Shown here: positions 46,583 through 60,692 of the stretch, piece by piece
Layout: every line of letters begins with the position of its first letter
Position numbering within the stretch: the stretch's first letter is position 1
From: Azolla caroliniana
Taxonomy: Eukaryota; Plantae; Polypodiophyta
Direction of reading: 5' to 3'
Length of the DNA: 64,000 nt
NCBI GenBank assembly: GCA_043228905.1
Contig: JBHGNT010000009.1
Span: forward strand, 2,790,001 to 2,854,000
Made by a program: the position numbers and the translations under genes
Notes under the pieces: generated by a model
What the model was told of the DNA's origin: nothing
The model's database searches: none
The model's input: the letters and a program-made list of their open reading frames with translations, nothing else

Positions 46583-49500
46583 ATGGAAAAGACGAAGCAG
46601 ATTGTTGCTGCCCATGAAAAGAAGCTGAGGAGAAAGGAGGTAAATCCCACACAGACATTTTATTAAAGATGTACGGTGTATTTTCTTCTCAAGAGTATCA
46701 CTTTCCGCTGCTTTTATCTTTTCATGGTGAACTTTGGTGTATATGGTGAAATGTTTCTAGTTTTTTTTTAATGCTCACAAGGTTTTCTCTGCATTTTTTC
46801 ATCTCTCTGTTTTTGTATAGGAGCTTGCCAAAAAGAAGGCTATTGATGAAGCCATTAGAGAGGCTTACAGGAGAGTGGATCATCTTCTAGAAGTTCCCGA
46901 GCTGATACAATATAACAGTAATGGTGAGGATAGTTCTGTCATATATTCAATGGGTGAAATAATAAGCTTCGATGACAATTTGGAGAGAATTTCTGATCGT
47001 ATCAAATTTTATTGTAATCATAAGCTCAGGTCTCGTATATTCCAGAAGAACTCATTGGTTGTCAAAAGAATAATTTTGATAGTAATGGTAACGATTGGTA
47101 TTGTTCAACATAATTTCAAATTTGACTGTAATGGTAATAGCTGGGAGACTAGTAGTAATTGGATCATTGTCTCATGCGATCGAGTTGAATTCGTGTATTC
47201 TTGTAATGGACTACATTTATCGCTCATATACTATCCAAGTGGAATTCAGTGGTTGTGAGATTTTTTGTAGTAATGGTAATTTGTCTCATATACCTGAGGA
47301 GAATGCTGTAGTTCACATTTGATAGATATGGCATGGGTCCTCATAATGAGGTATTTGAGTGGAATTTAGCGATTGCAAGATTAGTAGTAATGGGGTGATT
47401 GTCTCATGTCATCGAGTTGAATTCATGTATTCAAGTTGTAATCTATCCATTTACTTAATAAATCAACCAATTTGAGAGATCACTAATGTCATTTGATTAG
47501 ATTTTCAGGTGTTTCTGTTACTCTGGAATCAACCTCTGGCCCATTGCTTTCCAAACCTATGCAGCAAATATTTCAAGACATTCTAAAGGCACGTAAAGGA
47601 CTCTCTTTTTTTTTCTTAAAAATAGATGACCAATGTTTCTGCAAGCATATATACGCATGTATGCATGATGTATGTGTATGTATACGCATGTATGCATTCA
47701 TATCTTAATATTGAAGGAGATTATCTCCAAATCAAATGATTCTATGTGTATTTTGAGGTGGCAGTGTATATGAGCAACATTTAAGTTCATTATATATGCC
47801 ATTGTTGGAGATATGAGTTTGGCTTGCTCGTTTTCCACCCTGTGGGTTCCTTGTACTAATTCCATGATTATAATCTTAGTTTTTGGTTTTTTCCTATGTC
47901 ATATATTTGGGTCTTCATGCTTGTTTTCGGTTCTTTTTTTGTTTTTCATTTATCTGTCTATAACCCATATTTGGATTTCCATTATTTGTTTTCTGCGATC
48001 TTAATTTTGTATGATATATATTTGGATTTTCCTCTTTTGATGTCTCAGCAGATCAACATGGAGGATGCCTATGGTGTTGAATGGCCTAAAGAGGAGAAGG
48101 TGAAGCGCAGGGAGATGGTAGAAGAAGATGCATTGTATATTGTTGTGAGACTGGATGAAAGAGAACATATCATGAAAGATATAAATTCTGATGTTATTCT
48201 TTCAAGTAAGAGAGGAAAACTTGGTGTTCAGGAAGGTCTTGGGTCACCAGTGGTTGCCTTTGTACACTATCGATTTGTTGTGGAAGAGGATTTTCCTGTT
48301 TTATATGTGTATGAGTTACAACTTGAAAAGTGTGTTCAAGGAAAAGGATTGGGAAAGTTCCTTATGCAATTGCTGGAGCTTATTGCATGCAAGGTGTTTG
48401 TCCTAGAACCCTTGCTAATACATATAAGTTCTTTGTTAAACAATAATTCAAGCTTTTTGTTATACTTACATAAAGATATAGGTTTCTTATATAACTATGA
48501 GGAAAGTCTCCATCTTTAATGTACTCAGTTAGTGCAGTTGCTAGAGGTCATTGCATGCAGAGGTGTGGGCATTGTATGATTTGCTGATATTTAAGTCCTT
48601 TGTATGACTTACATCAATGACAAAGTTTTTCAAAAATAATTTATTCCAGTATCCCACTCTTTGTGTGCTGCTTTGCGATATTGCAGAATAAGATGAAGGC
48701 TGTATTGCTCACTGTCCAGAAGAGGAATATTGGAGCTATGGACTTCTACAAGGGTAAATTGAGGTAATGATTCCGAAAACCTAAAGGTCATAGTTTACAT
48801 CAATGGCATTTTTTCTTTCAAGTCGTGAAGACTTGCATAGAAGTTGAGGTATGAATCCCAAAACATATAAATAGTGTGTTTAGAGTTTTTTCGTTTATAA
48901 TTTTTATGCATTATATAAAGGCCTGCATCCACTTTATTTATTTAACTTGAGTGTTTCTTTTGCAGTTATAAGGTTTCTAATCATTCTCCCTCCAGAGTGG
49001 ATCCTGTGGTATATTCACTTCCCCTGAAATTCATGCATAAATGAAAATGCTTTCTCTAGAATGATAGAAGAACTGGTTAAGGACAATGATTCTTCTTGCT
49101 CACTTGTCTCAGATACACATTGTAAGTTCTTAACACTTCTGATTCATGTTTTTGACTGTCTTTCCCAAAACAAAAACCCAATACACGGGAGACAGACATA
49201 TAGAATAGCAAGTGATTGATAACCTGGTTTTTTTTTCAATAAAATATATCCTCCATTGGTATTAAAATTAAAGTGGTCAGAGGCAGTATACAAAATAGTC
49301 CACTATTACAATGAATATTGCATATCCTGTTATTAGTGATGTCCACGAGACAACATCTTTAATTGGAAAACTATTGAATACCATGTGTCTTCAGCATCCC
49401 AGCCACATTTAGCGTCCATATCAAGCAAGGGATTGCCACCAGCAACATTTGTTTCAAAAATATATGTATGGGATGTCGAGAGTGATAGTTTAGGGGTTAT

Positions 49501-49872
49501 GAATATAAACATGAGTATGGATAGAAATATTGTGCAAATCTTGTCATTTAGCTTTTAAATTTGGTTCTTTCAGTTTCTTTTATATTTTTAGGATCTCTAT
49601 TTTTTTGTCACAGCATGCATCCATGAATTGATAAAATATTTTATGTGGTCTTTTATATTTCTTCCATTTTCATTGAAGGTTTGGGCAGATTGTTCATATG
49701 AAATCCTGTGCAAAACGTTCAGTCCAGATGCTAAAGTTAAATTTGAGGTATTATATGATTGGCAGCCAGATAATTAATTTCAGAAAAATAAGACCATTCT
49801 TGGACTTACTAACGGCATATTTAATTATTTATCTAATATTCTTTTTGCTGGATGCTTTAACAGGATGGTTGA
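46583..49872 (+). CDS. NAA40: N-alpha-acetyltransferase 40 (NatD, histone H4/H2A N-terminal acetyltransferase)
   Basis: NMEDAYGVEWPKEEKVKRREM..VAFVHYRFVVEEDFPVLYVYELQLEKCVQGKGLGKFLMQLLELIA/KMKAVLLTVQKRNIGAMDFY/SPSRVDP/SYEILCKTF; GNAT QxKGLG motif; last micro-exon DG* is tentative. Confidence 0.92.
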
Positions 49873-50906
49873 GATGAATTTGCCCAGCAAGCAAAAAGTC
49901 CGAATACAACATGTAGGGAGTAATCAAAATCAGTTATGAATTCACATGTTTCGTTTGAGGAAGAAGAATTATTGCATGTTTTATCACCGTGAAATTGAGC
50001 ATCATTAACAAAAGCTTGTGTATTCATCTCATTCCCTTGAAAGTTGAAGCTCAAAATTTCGAGGCTCATGGTCAAATGTAACAATACTGTCAAAGCAAAT
50101 AGCTAAATGGTCAACTATAAAAAATGAAGTCTAGATATGTAAATATAGGCAAAATACTTATCGCTACAAATGAATTGTTATTATGGATTCTTGCATGACT
50201 TGCATATGGGTATTCATCATCACTTGACTAGTTATTCATTACTGCCCAAATGAAAAATGTACCACAGGTCAAACATTCTATTGAAGGCATTATACCGATA
50301 GATAGCCAACAACAATTCTTCACAGAAGTACTTTGTAGAAGCAACTTCCATTTATGAAGAAATAAAATACCTATGAGTTGTTCTCATGTAACAGTCTGAA
50401 GTACCTCCAATTTGTTCTCTTCTCCATCTTCCACCCAAATGCTTCTTATTTAGTTTTCTGTGTAATGATACGGTTAATTCATTCCCTTGTTCTCAAGTAT
50501 ATGTGGCACATTAAGCAATTTTACAGTAAATCTCATCCCTCTTTCTAGAGTTGCTTAAGGATAATTGGGGGAACTACGAAAATGTAGGTGCCGAAATGGA
50601 GAATTGAATTTACTAAAATGAAGATATTGTTCCAGCGTGGCATTGCATCAACATCATACCATAAGAATTTGTAATGGGGGCATCAGAGAAATCTACTCAG
50701 TTCAGGAGTCGGTGTTTTCTTTTTGGATTGCAATCTGAAGCACCCTATATTTTGTTCATTCTACCAATGGTTTTGATTCATCAAACATTTGAGCAATGCA
50801 TAGTAGCCTCACCATTGTTGTTTGAGGAATCGATGTGCCGCCAATGACATCCAATCAGGCACTTTGTGATGGATGATCAATGTTGCCAGTCACGTACTAT
50901 TCTAAT

Positions 50907-51225
50907 CGAGGATTATCCGTCATGAGTCAATGCTCCTAATTACCAAAGTATTGAACCATTTGTTTGAGAAGTGGGTTCTCCTACTTACCAATGATTGATC
51001 AGGTGCAAAACCATCGAGGATTATCGGTCATGAGGCAATGCTTCTAGTTACCAAACTACTAAAGCATTTGTTCGAGGAGCGGGTTCTCCTACTTACCAAT
51101 GATCGATTCGAGCGCTAAACCATCAAGGATTATCTGTTCATGAGTCAATGCTCCTAGTTACCAAACTAGTGAAACATTTGTTCGAGAAACGGGTTCTCGT
51201 ACTTACAAATGATCGATCGGGTGGT
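50907..51225. repeat. About 108-bp tandem repeat x3 upstream of FolD
   Basis: Units begin tcgaggattatc at about 50908 and 51014, and tcaaggattatc at 51123. Confidence 0.93.
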
Positions 51226-51309
51226 GGATCGGTACTCATGGTTTATGTCGGGTTAGCGGTCCGATGGATGGGATCAATAATCTCTTGGTGTTGGGCTTTT
51301 TTGAAATCA

Positions 51310-51333
51310 TTAGGGTTTGGATGAAAACCCTAG
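51310..51333. promoter_or_regulatory. Inverted pair of telo-boxes (TAGGGTTT ... AAACCCTA) in the FolD promoter/5' UTR
   Basis: ttagggtttggatgaaaaccctag; the telo-box is an established plant promoter element. Confidence 0.6.
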
Positions 51334-51420
51334 AGCTTCTTCTCCAAACCCTTCCCCTCTCACTACTCCCTTTGTGAAGGAAGGATCAATGGCCTCCTCC
51401 TCCTCCTTCCCCTGCCCCTC

Positions 51421-54400
51421 ATGAATCTGCTGCGAAGAATCCATCGGATCAGACACAGGAGCAGAAGAATGTTCGAAACTATAGCCTCCCCACCACACGT
51501 ATCAGGATTCCTCTCTCATCCTTCCCATCTTCAGAATCAAACACTTCGTCGATGCATTCCTCTTCTGCTTCCTCTTCCTTTGCGATCTTTCTTCACTTCT
51601 AGAGCCTCGTCAGAAGCCATAGCTTTTGGGCTTCCTCTGAATAAGTCTTATCCTTCTTCTTCTTCACCTCCTCCTCTTCCTGGAGTGTTTCTTCCTGATG
51701 TGTGGAGCCGTCGTCATGATCTCAAGCCCTGTCAAGCCAACATCAGTGAAGACTGTAAGTGTTCTTCTACCTCTCCAATGCGTTTTTTTCTCCTTCCATT
51801 ATCAGATTGTCTGAATAATATAATGTGTATTGTCAATTAATTTGTATGGATCTGCTGGTGTGATTAATCTGGTGTGTAATAGAGAGAGTGGGCATTTATT
51901 TGGCAATTGGGATTTCAACCTTGTGCATGAGATGGTGATCGAGAAACATCCAAGTTTAGTGTAGTCAATGACCTTCATTGAATATACATTGGATATAGTT
52001 GTGCATGGTGTTACTTACATGGCTTGTTTTAACATTTGATTCTTAATGTCTCAAAGCTAATCTGGCCTAAGAAGTAAGAAAACTTGTCGTAAGTGGTTGA
52101 AATCAACTTAACTTAGAGTTGTGGCGAGGTCTACAAGTGTCGTTGAGAAAAAGAGAGGTGATATGTTCACATATCAAAATATTTTGGGGAGACAATATGA
52201 TAAGTAGGACCAGCAATCACTATAACATGTAGTGGGATAATAAAACCAGGCATTTTGGAACCAAACGAAATGAGAAACTAAGGTAGGCAAACAAAGAGCA
52301 TTCCCTTGATGTTTCCCCTAACTCTATCCTAATGACCATATTTAGTATCGATGTGAGTTAGTTGTTTAATCAGTTTTCCAGTTCAATAATCCTGTTCCTA
52401 CCCCTTCCCAATATGTATATGCATTCTCTCTCTACTGTCCTAGAGCTACATATGCGCATCATGACTAAGCTTCTGATGTCATATACAAGGAGAATTGTTG
52501 CTCTTTGTAGGTAATGCCCAAGTAAAGATACCAATGAACATATTAACCAGTGCTTCTCCAAAGATGAAATAATTCTCAAATTTTGTGACCCATGCTACTG
52601 AGTTGTTAGACATTATAACTTAGTTTGCTCGAGATTCACTATGAGAGCTCTATCAACAGTCATTGAGATCATATAGATGCTATTGAAAATCCCTTATGAG
52701 TGTTGTAAACGAGTAAAACATCATCAGCATATAGCAGTGATAAGTCTTTGAGAAAAGCAAAGAATTCTAAGAAACATATATTAGGAACTAAGAATGTTTT
52801 TATATTCTCTCTTTCTCACTGATTGTGACAGACGTCCATCTATCCTCATGGTCACTCACCTTTAGATGTTAGTCCTTTTTCTTTGCTATGCGCATGGTTG
52901 CTTCTGTACAATTAGTTCACATTCTTGAATGTGACATATTTTGCCTTGTACACGCTAAAATGTCAAAATTGGAATCAATATGATGACTTTTTAAATGGGC
53001 ATGATAATGTATGTGTCATACTCGAATTCCCACTGAGAAGGGAGAGCAGAAATGTGTGCATTATTTTCACATTGAGAGTTTTTACTACAGAGTAGTAACC
53101 CCCTTCTTAGGAAGGAGTCACATACAAGATTATACGTTGATTTGGTACCATAGGTCAAATTTGGGCTTATCATGGATGATAAAATTTCTATTTCTATTCC
53201 TATTGCCTCTTTAAACAAGGCTTTGGCCCACTACACAAGGTAATGGAATATGAGAACCAACCGTGCTTGGGACTTTTCTTCCTAGAACTCAAGAGACATG
53301 GAGAAGTTGTTGAATGACAATAGTACAACATTACAAGCTCATCTACAAAGAAAAATTACTCCCAGTCATGCTACAAGTTTATCAAGGGCTACACAAATGG
53401 GCTTTTGACCAGGACATAACAAAGGGTTACAATAGATCGCAAGGTAACTGTGTACTTTTTCTGGTTTATCTTAATCACATGTGGACGTCTACAGCCACCA
53501 ATACGATGCAACTTGTTTTGGGCACTTGACAATGTAGAATTTTTCTTAGACTGTCTAAAAATAAGGTGGTGGACTTAAAAGCTCTAACCCAAGAGGTCAT
53601 GTGACTATATTTACTGATATTGGACAAACTGCAAATAAATGTGATGAAGCAAGTTCAGTAAAAGTTGAAAACATGCCATGTAAGTGGAGGCTACAACATA
53701 GTGGGCAATAAGATATAGTTCAATGTAGTTAATGGGGAAAATTGATGAATGTATCAAGTTTAGAGTTAAAGACAATGATTGTCCTTGAATTTTACATGCT
53801 ACACATGTCCATTTCTTTTCTCAAATCATAAACACATCCTTCTTTATGAGAAGCAAAGGAGTTGTTTTATTTGTATCTAGGTCACTCTTTTCCTCATCTT
53901 CCACTGCCTTCCATCTCTCTTTCACCCTTGTTACTTCCCGACACCAAAGGTGCTTCGTTTGTTAGACCACTTCATCATGGATCGCCTCATGTTGGAGATC
54001 TTTGTCAGGCTAAAGTTTTAACCAATCTTCAAGTTGAACTTTATGTGCTTGGCTAACAATAATATTTTATACCTTAAGTAGATTTAGTAATCTAATTATA
54101 TTTATTTTGATTTTCTGTTTTCAAAGATGAGACGGCATTTTAAGGGTTATCTCTTGTTTGGTCTCAGAGGCCATTTCAGCCTCATAAAAGATGTTAATCT
54201 CTTATTCGTTCTCATAGGCCACTTTGGCATCTTAAAAGTACAGGTTTATGTTTTCTTTTGCGGCATTGGCATCTTAACATTTCAAATCATAAGAAGTTTA
54301 TGATTAATTTTTGCTGCCTGAAATTGAATTGGATCATCTGATGTACATTAGATGAGATAGAACATAAGGCTGCTATCATCGATGGGAAAGCCATTGCACT

Positions 54401-55999
54401 AAAGATTAGAGAAGAAGTCGCTGAAGATGTTTTCAAGCTAATAAGTGTAACAGGAAAAGCTCCTGGATTGGCTGTTGTCCTTGTTGGAAATAGGAAAGAC
54501 TCAGAAACATACGTTCGTAGTAAGAAGAAAGCTTGTGAAGAAGTAGGTATAACCTCTGTTGGTATCAATCTACCAGAGGATTCTTCTGAAGAAGAAGTTC
54601 TGAAATGTGTGCAAGAATACAATGAAGACCCTGCAGTTCATGGAATCCTTGTTCAGCTTCCCCTCCCCAAGGTATACCATTCATTCTGAAGGTGCGGATT
54701 CATTGTATAAAAATTGTTAGTTTGAATTTGAAATCCAGCTTATTTGATGATTTGAATTCCAGCACATAAATGAAGAGAAAATCTTGGCGGCGATTAGTGT
54801 TGAGAAAGATGTGGATGGGTTTCACCCTATGAACATTGGAAAGTTGGCAATGCAAGGGAGAAAGCCTCTTTTTATACCTTGTACTCCCAAAGGTTGCATA
54901 GAACTGCTCCTAAGGTCTGGTATTGAGATTAAAGGGAAACATGCGGTTGTTATTGGCCGAAGTAATGTTGTAGGCACTCCAGTTGCAATGCTTCTTCAGG
55001 TATTGTGGCACTTAATGTTATCATTAGTTGTCTTTGCTCTTTATTCTATGAATCTTCATTGTCTGTCATTGTTCTTTAGGTATTGTAGACATATGTCATT
55101 TGCTCTATTTTTTCTCTGTATTTTATGGTAAGCTTAGTGGTTTATTGAGGTATTCCATATATATTTTTTGTATTGTAGCGGCATCAAGCAACAGTTACTG
55201 TTGTGCATTCTTACACACCAAATCCTGCAGAGGTAACACGTGGAGCAGATATTGTTATTGTTGCTGTTGGTGTCGCTCACATGGTCCGAGCCGATTGGAT
55301 TAAGCCGGGTGCAGTTATTATTGACGTTGGGATAAATGCCGTTGAGGTAGGTCTTACCTATTTATCCTCAAGTTGTTGCAAATTTACAGGATATCCCCAG
55401 ATTTATAAAACTTACTTTGAATATCCCATGGTTTTCTAAATTTACCAACATTTAGTCATCTGCTTAGTTTATTTATCTCCAATTGAGATTTAATCAGGGA
55501 GAAAGGTCAAGTATAGTTTGTATCTAGTTAGTTATTAAAGGGTAAATGTACTCTATGAAAAGGACCTAAATCTCTATTAAGCATTAGTAAATTTGTAAAT
55601 TTGAGGGCGATTTGGGTTATCATATTAAACCAAGAGCGTAGATAATCGGTTTATTGTTTATGGGTATGTATTAAAATGTAAAATCTTCCCAAGGTACTCA
55701 GTTAATAAATTCGGAAATTATTTTTGGTATTATACTTCATTATTTGTTCCAGTGTGTAGATTTTGAGGCATCAAATGCTTGGCAAATTTATACTGAGTTT
55801 ATTTATGAATTTATATTCATAACAGGATCCTTCTTCCAAGAAAGGATATAAACTTGTTGGGGACGTTTGCTTCAAGGAGGCATGCCAGAAAGCATCAGCA
55901 ATTACACCAGTTCCAGGGGGCGTAGGACCCATGACCATAGCAATGCTTTTGTCTAACACATTAGTATCTGCAAGGAGGACTTATGGCCTTGAACTATAG
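51421..55999 (+). CDS. FOLD: Bifunctional methylenetetrahydrofolate dehydrogenase/cyclohydrolase with N-terminal organellar presequence
   Basis: Arg/Ser-rich exon 1 (51421-51753), then [98 protein letters not shown]. Confidence 0.96.
53010..53445 (+). mobile_element. Third LINE copy of the 12.2/31.5-kb family, in FolD intron 1
   Basis: ttgcctctttaaacaaggctttggcccactac.caaggtaatggaatatgag...gaccaggacat.acaaaggg matches the other copies in reverse orientation. Confidence 0.8.
54125..54237 (+). mobile_element. LINE 3'-tail fragment(s)
   Basis: tctcttgtttggtctcagaggccatttcagcctc..aaagatgttaatctct matches 10278-10350. Confidence 0.6.
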
Positions 56000-58176
56000 A
56001 AACTCATAAATCAGTTCAAGAGATGTATATTACGGTTCACTTTCAGCTTGCTTGGCTCAGTGATTTAACTAAGTGCTTTGCTTAATGTACCATAGAGAGG
56101 CTGTACAAATTTTATGGTCTAAATTTTCTGACTTCAGAATATTAAGAATCAAGATTCATACTCTGCATCTCACTTGATTCCGATCTGTGTAATGTTAGAA
56201 TACCCATAGCATTACATCCAAGTATATTCAGTTCTCATAATCCATTGTGATATAGACATGCAAGCTACTCATGTCTCAAGATTGACGCTTTTTGAGACTG
56301 TCTACTTTTTTGTAGGTTAATAAGAACGTTGTATTTTATTTTGGTTTTCTTGGGAAAAAGAATATCTTGTTTTAAGGTTGGCATAGTTGTAAATTGTATC
56401 TTTATTAGAAAAGGTATCATAACATCTTTGACAGACATCATCCTGGCATAAATGCCCTGGGCTAATGATTTTTTAAATGTATCAAAGGACATTCATAAAT
56501 CCTATTGTAAAACCTTGTGAGGTAATTGGTTTGAAGTCTTACCAAACCAGAATCAGAGCCTTGATGAAATTTGAAAAAACATAAATCCTGTGGTAGAACT
56601 CGCAGAAGCAAGTATATTATTTCATTTTAAGATTGAATAATTCGATAATATCTAGAATATTTTAAGTGCCAGTGTCTTATCTGACTACATGAGAGCAATC
56701 CCCCATCTTGAACACATTGATTGCAAATAATAACTAAGTTATTTAGCTTCGTATTGAGTGTATTAGAGATCACATTTGATGATGGAATGTAAATAGAACT
56801 TTGGGATACCTGCCCATTGATTGGGCAGCAAAGAAAGGCTTGAATCCTCCTTTTGGAGTTTGTTTCACGAGTATTTTTAATTGCCTCTAGTATGAGAATG
56901 GTTGCGTGCAACTTTGACCATATAAGGTCACCACACTTGAAACTGCTTGGTCCTTTTCAGTTCAGAGGTAAACAAATGGCACATCTTTAATAGTCTTAGT
57001 CTGCTGTGTGTACAGTTACTAACTTCATGGACCCCATCAACATTCAAGATTGAACCTTTATTGACTGATGAGTTATACTGTTGATGAACAATTTGATGCA
57101 ATATCATAGTCATGATATATTTGCATTCAAATGCATGATCCAGGATTTAGGGCTTTGGGACACACTAACTTGATTGATCCAACATTTAACATCAATGGAA
57201 CTGTTGAGACAAACCCTTCTTCGATACAATCAAGATGTCAAAACAGCACAATTACATACTACCTAGGGTTTTGAGTTCTGGTTTTTTCCTACATTCACAA
57301 CACACTAACCATGCACCCTGCACTTTTATCATGAAAAGACTGAAGATATTTAACACGTGGATTCATATGTACAGTAGAATGACAATTCACTTCAGTTGGA
57401 CAACTGGCAATCATCATATTCTTTCTTTTTTTGTGCGCAGTATTTTAGAACCTTTTTCACCTTAAGTGAAAGTTCGACTTGTCTTTTACTGACTAGGCGT
57501 ATTGCAGTATACAATAACTTACTTTTGTATATCTGGATTTTCAATGCATATAATGTTTCTGAACTTCTCCTTTCTAGAAGGTATCAGAGAATTCAAAGCA
57601 ATGCTTTTGATACTCATAAAGTTGAGACAGAAATATGGTAACTCAAAACCTTAAAAATATGGAAAATCATGTGTCACCTCATGCTCATTATAAAAATATG
57701 ATTATCAAACAAAATAACTATTGCAACAACTTAAATTTAAGACAACAAAGCTCTCTGGCTGAAATGTAGAGCTAGGAACATAGAAAACAATAGAATATGC
57801 GCCAGAAAAGCACCCCAAAAGCCATAATCTTTCAGCTATTTAGGAAAATAAATATACATTGATACACTCATTCAACTAGCAACACCTCCACAGCTCTCAG
57901 CTTCTCAAGCAAAATACTCTTCTCTATTTGAGAGATACCAAGAACTCTATGAATCCTTGCAACTTCAACATGTAACTACATTCAAGTAGAAGACACTACG
58001 TTTTTATACATTACTGGTTTATATTTTCTCTGTACTTTACTAAAATATACGATGACCATCAATAGCTATGGCTACCAAACATACATCTGACGAGGTTTTT
58101 CACTAGAAAACTGCAAAGCCAAAAGCAAGATGTTGATAACATTCGGTTATAATTGTTGTGAGTCCTCTAGACTCAG

Positions 58177-60692
58177 TCAGTCATCAACCCTTCTCTTCTT
58201 TAGTGCAGGTGAGGAAACCTGAAAACATGGATCTGACCCAGGTAACTTTAAGGTGCTCTCACTATCACTAATGCTGAAAGATGCTTCTAAAACTCCTATA
58301 GGACTCTGCGGTACTGAATTTGGACGGTTTCCTCCCTTATGTGGCAACCTAACTGGCATAATGAAGTGCTCTAACATCATCTTATAGCATCTCTCCGAAG
58401 GCTCCTGCATATGAAGCACCATGTAGAGATATTAGAACCCTTTGTATGAGATACATATAGATTGTAGCCTTGATTATGTGACATTGATATCTAACATTCA
58501 CAACAGTGCAAGCTGTAACACAAAATATGTAAATCTAACGTTTTCATTGACAATGACACTGTTATCTTACTTGCATGAGCATCATGTTAAGAGATATATG
58601 ATCTAAATATAGATTCTATCCAGCCTTGAATATGTAATATACAAACATTTCTCAATGTTGTATTTGGAGAGATTATAAAATCACATGTGAGATGATGCAA
58701 ATTCTAGCCTTGAATATGAATGTATTATTGTATTTTCAATGCTGTAACTTGCATTGACATCGTTATCAAACATGCATAAGCATCTCGGAGAGATTAGAAC
58801 CTCTTGAATCAGATGATGTACATTCAAATGTGATATGTGACATTAAAACCTTATAAATGTGATATGTGACATTCAAACATTACATTCACATTGCAATCTT
58901 ACTTGCAATTCAGATGGTAGCATAGACATCAATGTCCTCTTAGATTCAGAACATCTCAGAGGCAAGGTGGACTGCATAGCACAAAGCATTGCTGCAACAG
59001 CAATTGAAGAAGGCCGATAATCCAGAAATCTCAGCTCTGCGTGAAATGTGGTTTGAAGTGAGAATGATCTTCCATTTAATTTTAAGCAAGAATAATCTGT
59101 TTGCACTACATCTACATGCATACATGTATATGCAAAGTCGTTACATGGCCCATCTCACCTTTGATTGCACATAAGAGCAATTCACTTGTCCGTGAACATA
59201 GAATGTGCTGATGAGGGCTGTCGATAAGACCAAGTTTAGGAATTAAGTAATCTAAGTATGAGAAGGGTGTGACAGAGCTCACTCTCCATTGAAGCCTATT
59301 CAGAACCAATAATTCCATCCGTTGAATGGTGCGAGGCTCAAAAACGAAATCGGGCCCAACCTATGAAATTTAAAATCATTCAGTTTTCGAACAATGTCAA
59401 CTGAAGCAATTCATGCACTGAAACTCCTGGTTAAGATTATATACATAACAGTGATAAAATAATCAAAGTAAGGTTAGTGTGTGCTCATAAATGTAATTAA
59501 GAAATCAAATTAGTAGACATGATTAAGAATGAACCTCCTAAGAAGAATAGGGCAGTCTATCATTATTATGCATATGGAATCTGATGTATCATTATGATTC
59601 ATCAACACAAATGTAATGTCGAGCTTCATAACCAATAGGATTATATCTTAAATACACTCTAACTGATTGTTTTTATATCATGTTAGTTGCACATTGTCAT
59701 GTTGAATTATCAACTATGCATGAGGTGGATGGATCATGGAAAACGAATGAGTACCTGAAAGTCGAGCAACAAGGGAACTTCAATCTCTTCCATCTTGACG
59801 GCTAAGGAAAGGCAAGCTACCGATAGCAATTGAATCATCCAAGCTTTGCCTTTCTGCGTTTATTGCATAGTATCAGAATTAGCTTAGGCTTCTTTCACAA
59901 TTTTATACAGCTTTTGTATTTGGTTGAAAAAAAGCTCGCAAACTTCAAGTAAAGATCAAAGCAAAGAATAATACCAGAATTTGATGGCAAGCCAGGAAGC
60001 GATCGAGGTAATTCACTGCCAATGCAGCAGTTAGGTCATTGAAACCATAGAAATCCCGAACCTTCAATCAGTAAAATAGGAAGAGTATCAGCTTTATATG
60101 TAAAAACGCTGTTGAGAAGTGAAAAGATGCAACATTGTCATTCATGATTCATCATCATCCAAGGAAGAGCAGAAAGCAACATTCTCCAATTCTTGTGTAT
60201 AATGAGAGACAACAAACCGAGCTCAGGGCTACGGCAATATGTCTCCATCTCGACTTCTAGCTCCTTCTAACTCTTCCTCTATATATATCTCTTAGCTCTA
60301 TCACCATAGAGCTAATCCCTAATCTTAGGGGGTTCACCATTACTCCATTCTCGCACGAAGAAAAAAACAGAAACTCCTACGTGGTATTCAGCATTGTTCA
60401 CATTTTGAACATTGAAATAACTCAATCCTAGCGTCCCAAAACTAAACCTCAATCCTAGCTACGCTAACCCTAACTAAATCCAACAAATATTTAGCAGTAA
60501 AAAAATTTGATTCTTTGATAAATACGGCACCTTGAAAAGCCAAGATACAGCGTTCTGTCGAGAGGTAGGATCAAGAATCGAGCTTTTATACTTCTTGGAA
60601 TAATCGCGCCCAGGAACATGAGACATTTCTCTGCCGATGAGAGCCGCGAAAGCCTCTTCTTCTTCTTCTTCTTCTTCAGGTGACATGGGCAT
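58177..60692 (-). CDS. CYCD: D-type cyclin
   Basis: Six exons: RQNAVSWLFK/VRDFYGF..TAALAVNYLDRFL/KAWMIQLLSVACLSLAVKMEE.EVPLLLDFQ/FVFEPRTIQRMELLVLNRLQWR..VTPFSY/FLDYRPSSIAVAA/VPQSPIGVLEA..KKRR; the start codon is uncertain. Confidence 0.93.

Noticed and set aside
56600-57200. Minus-strand short ORFs between FolD and CYCD
   Set aside because: No recognisable family or splice-consistent model
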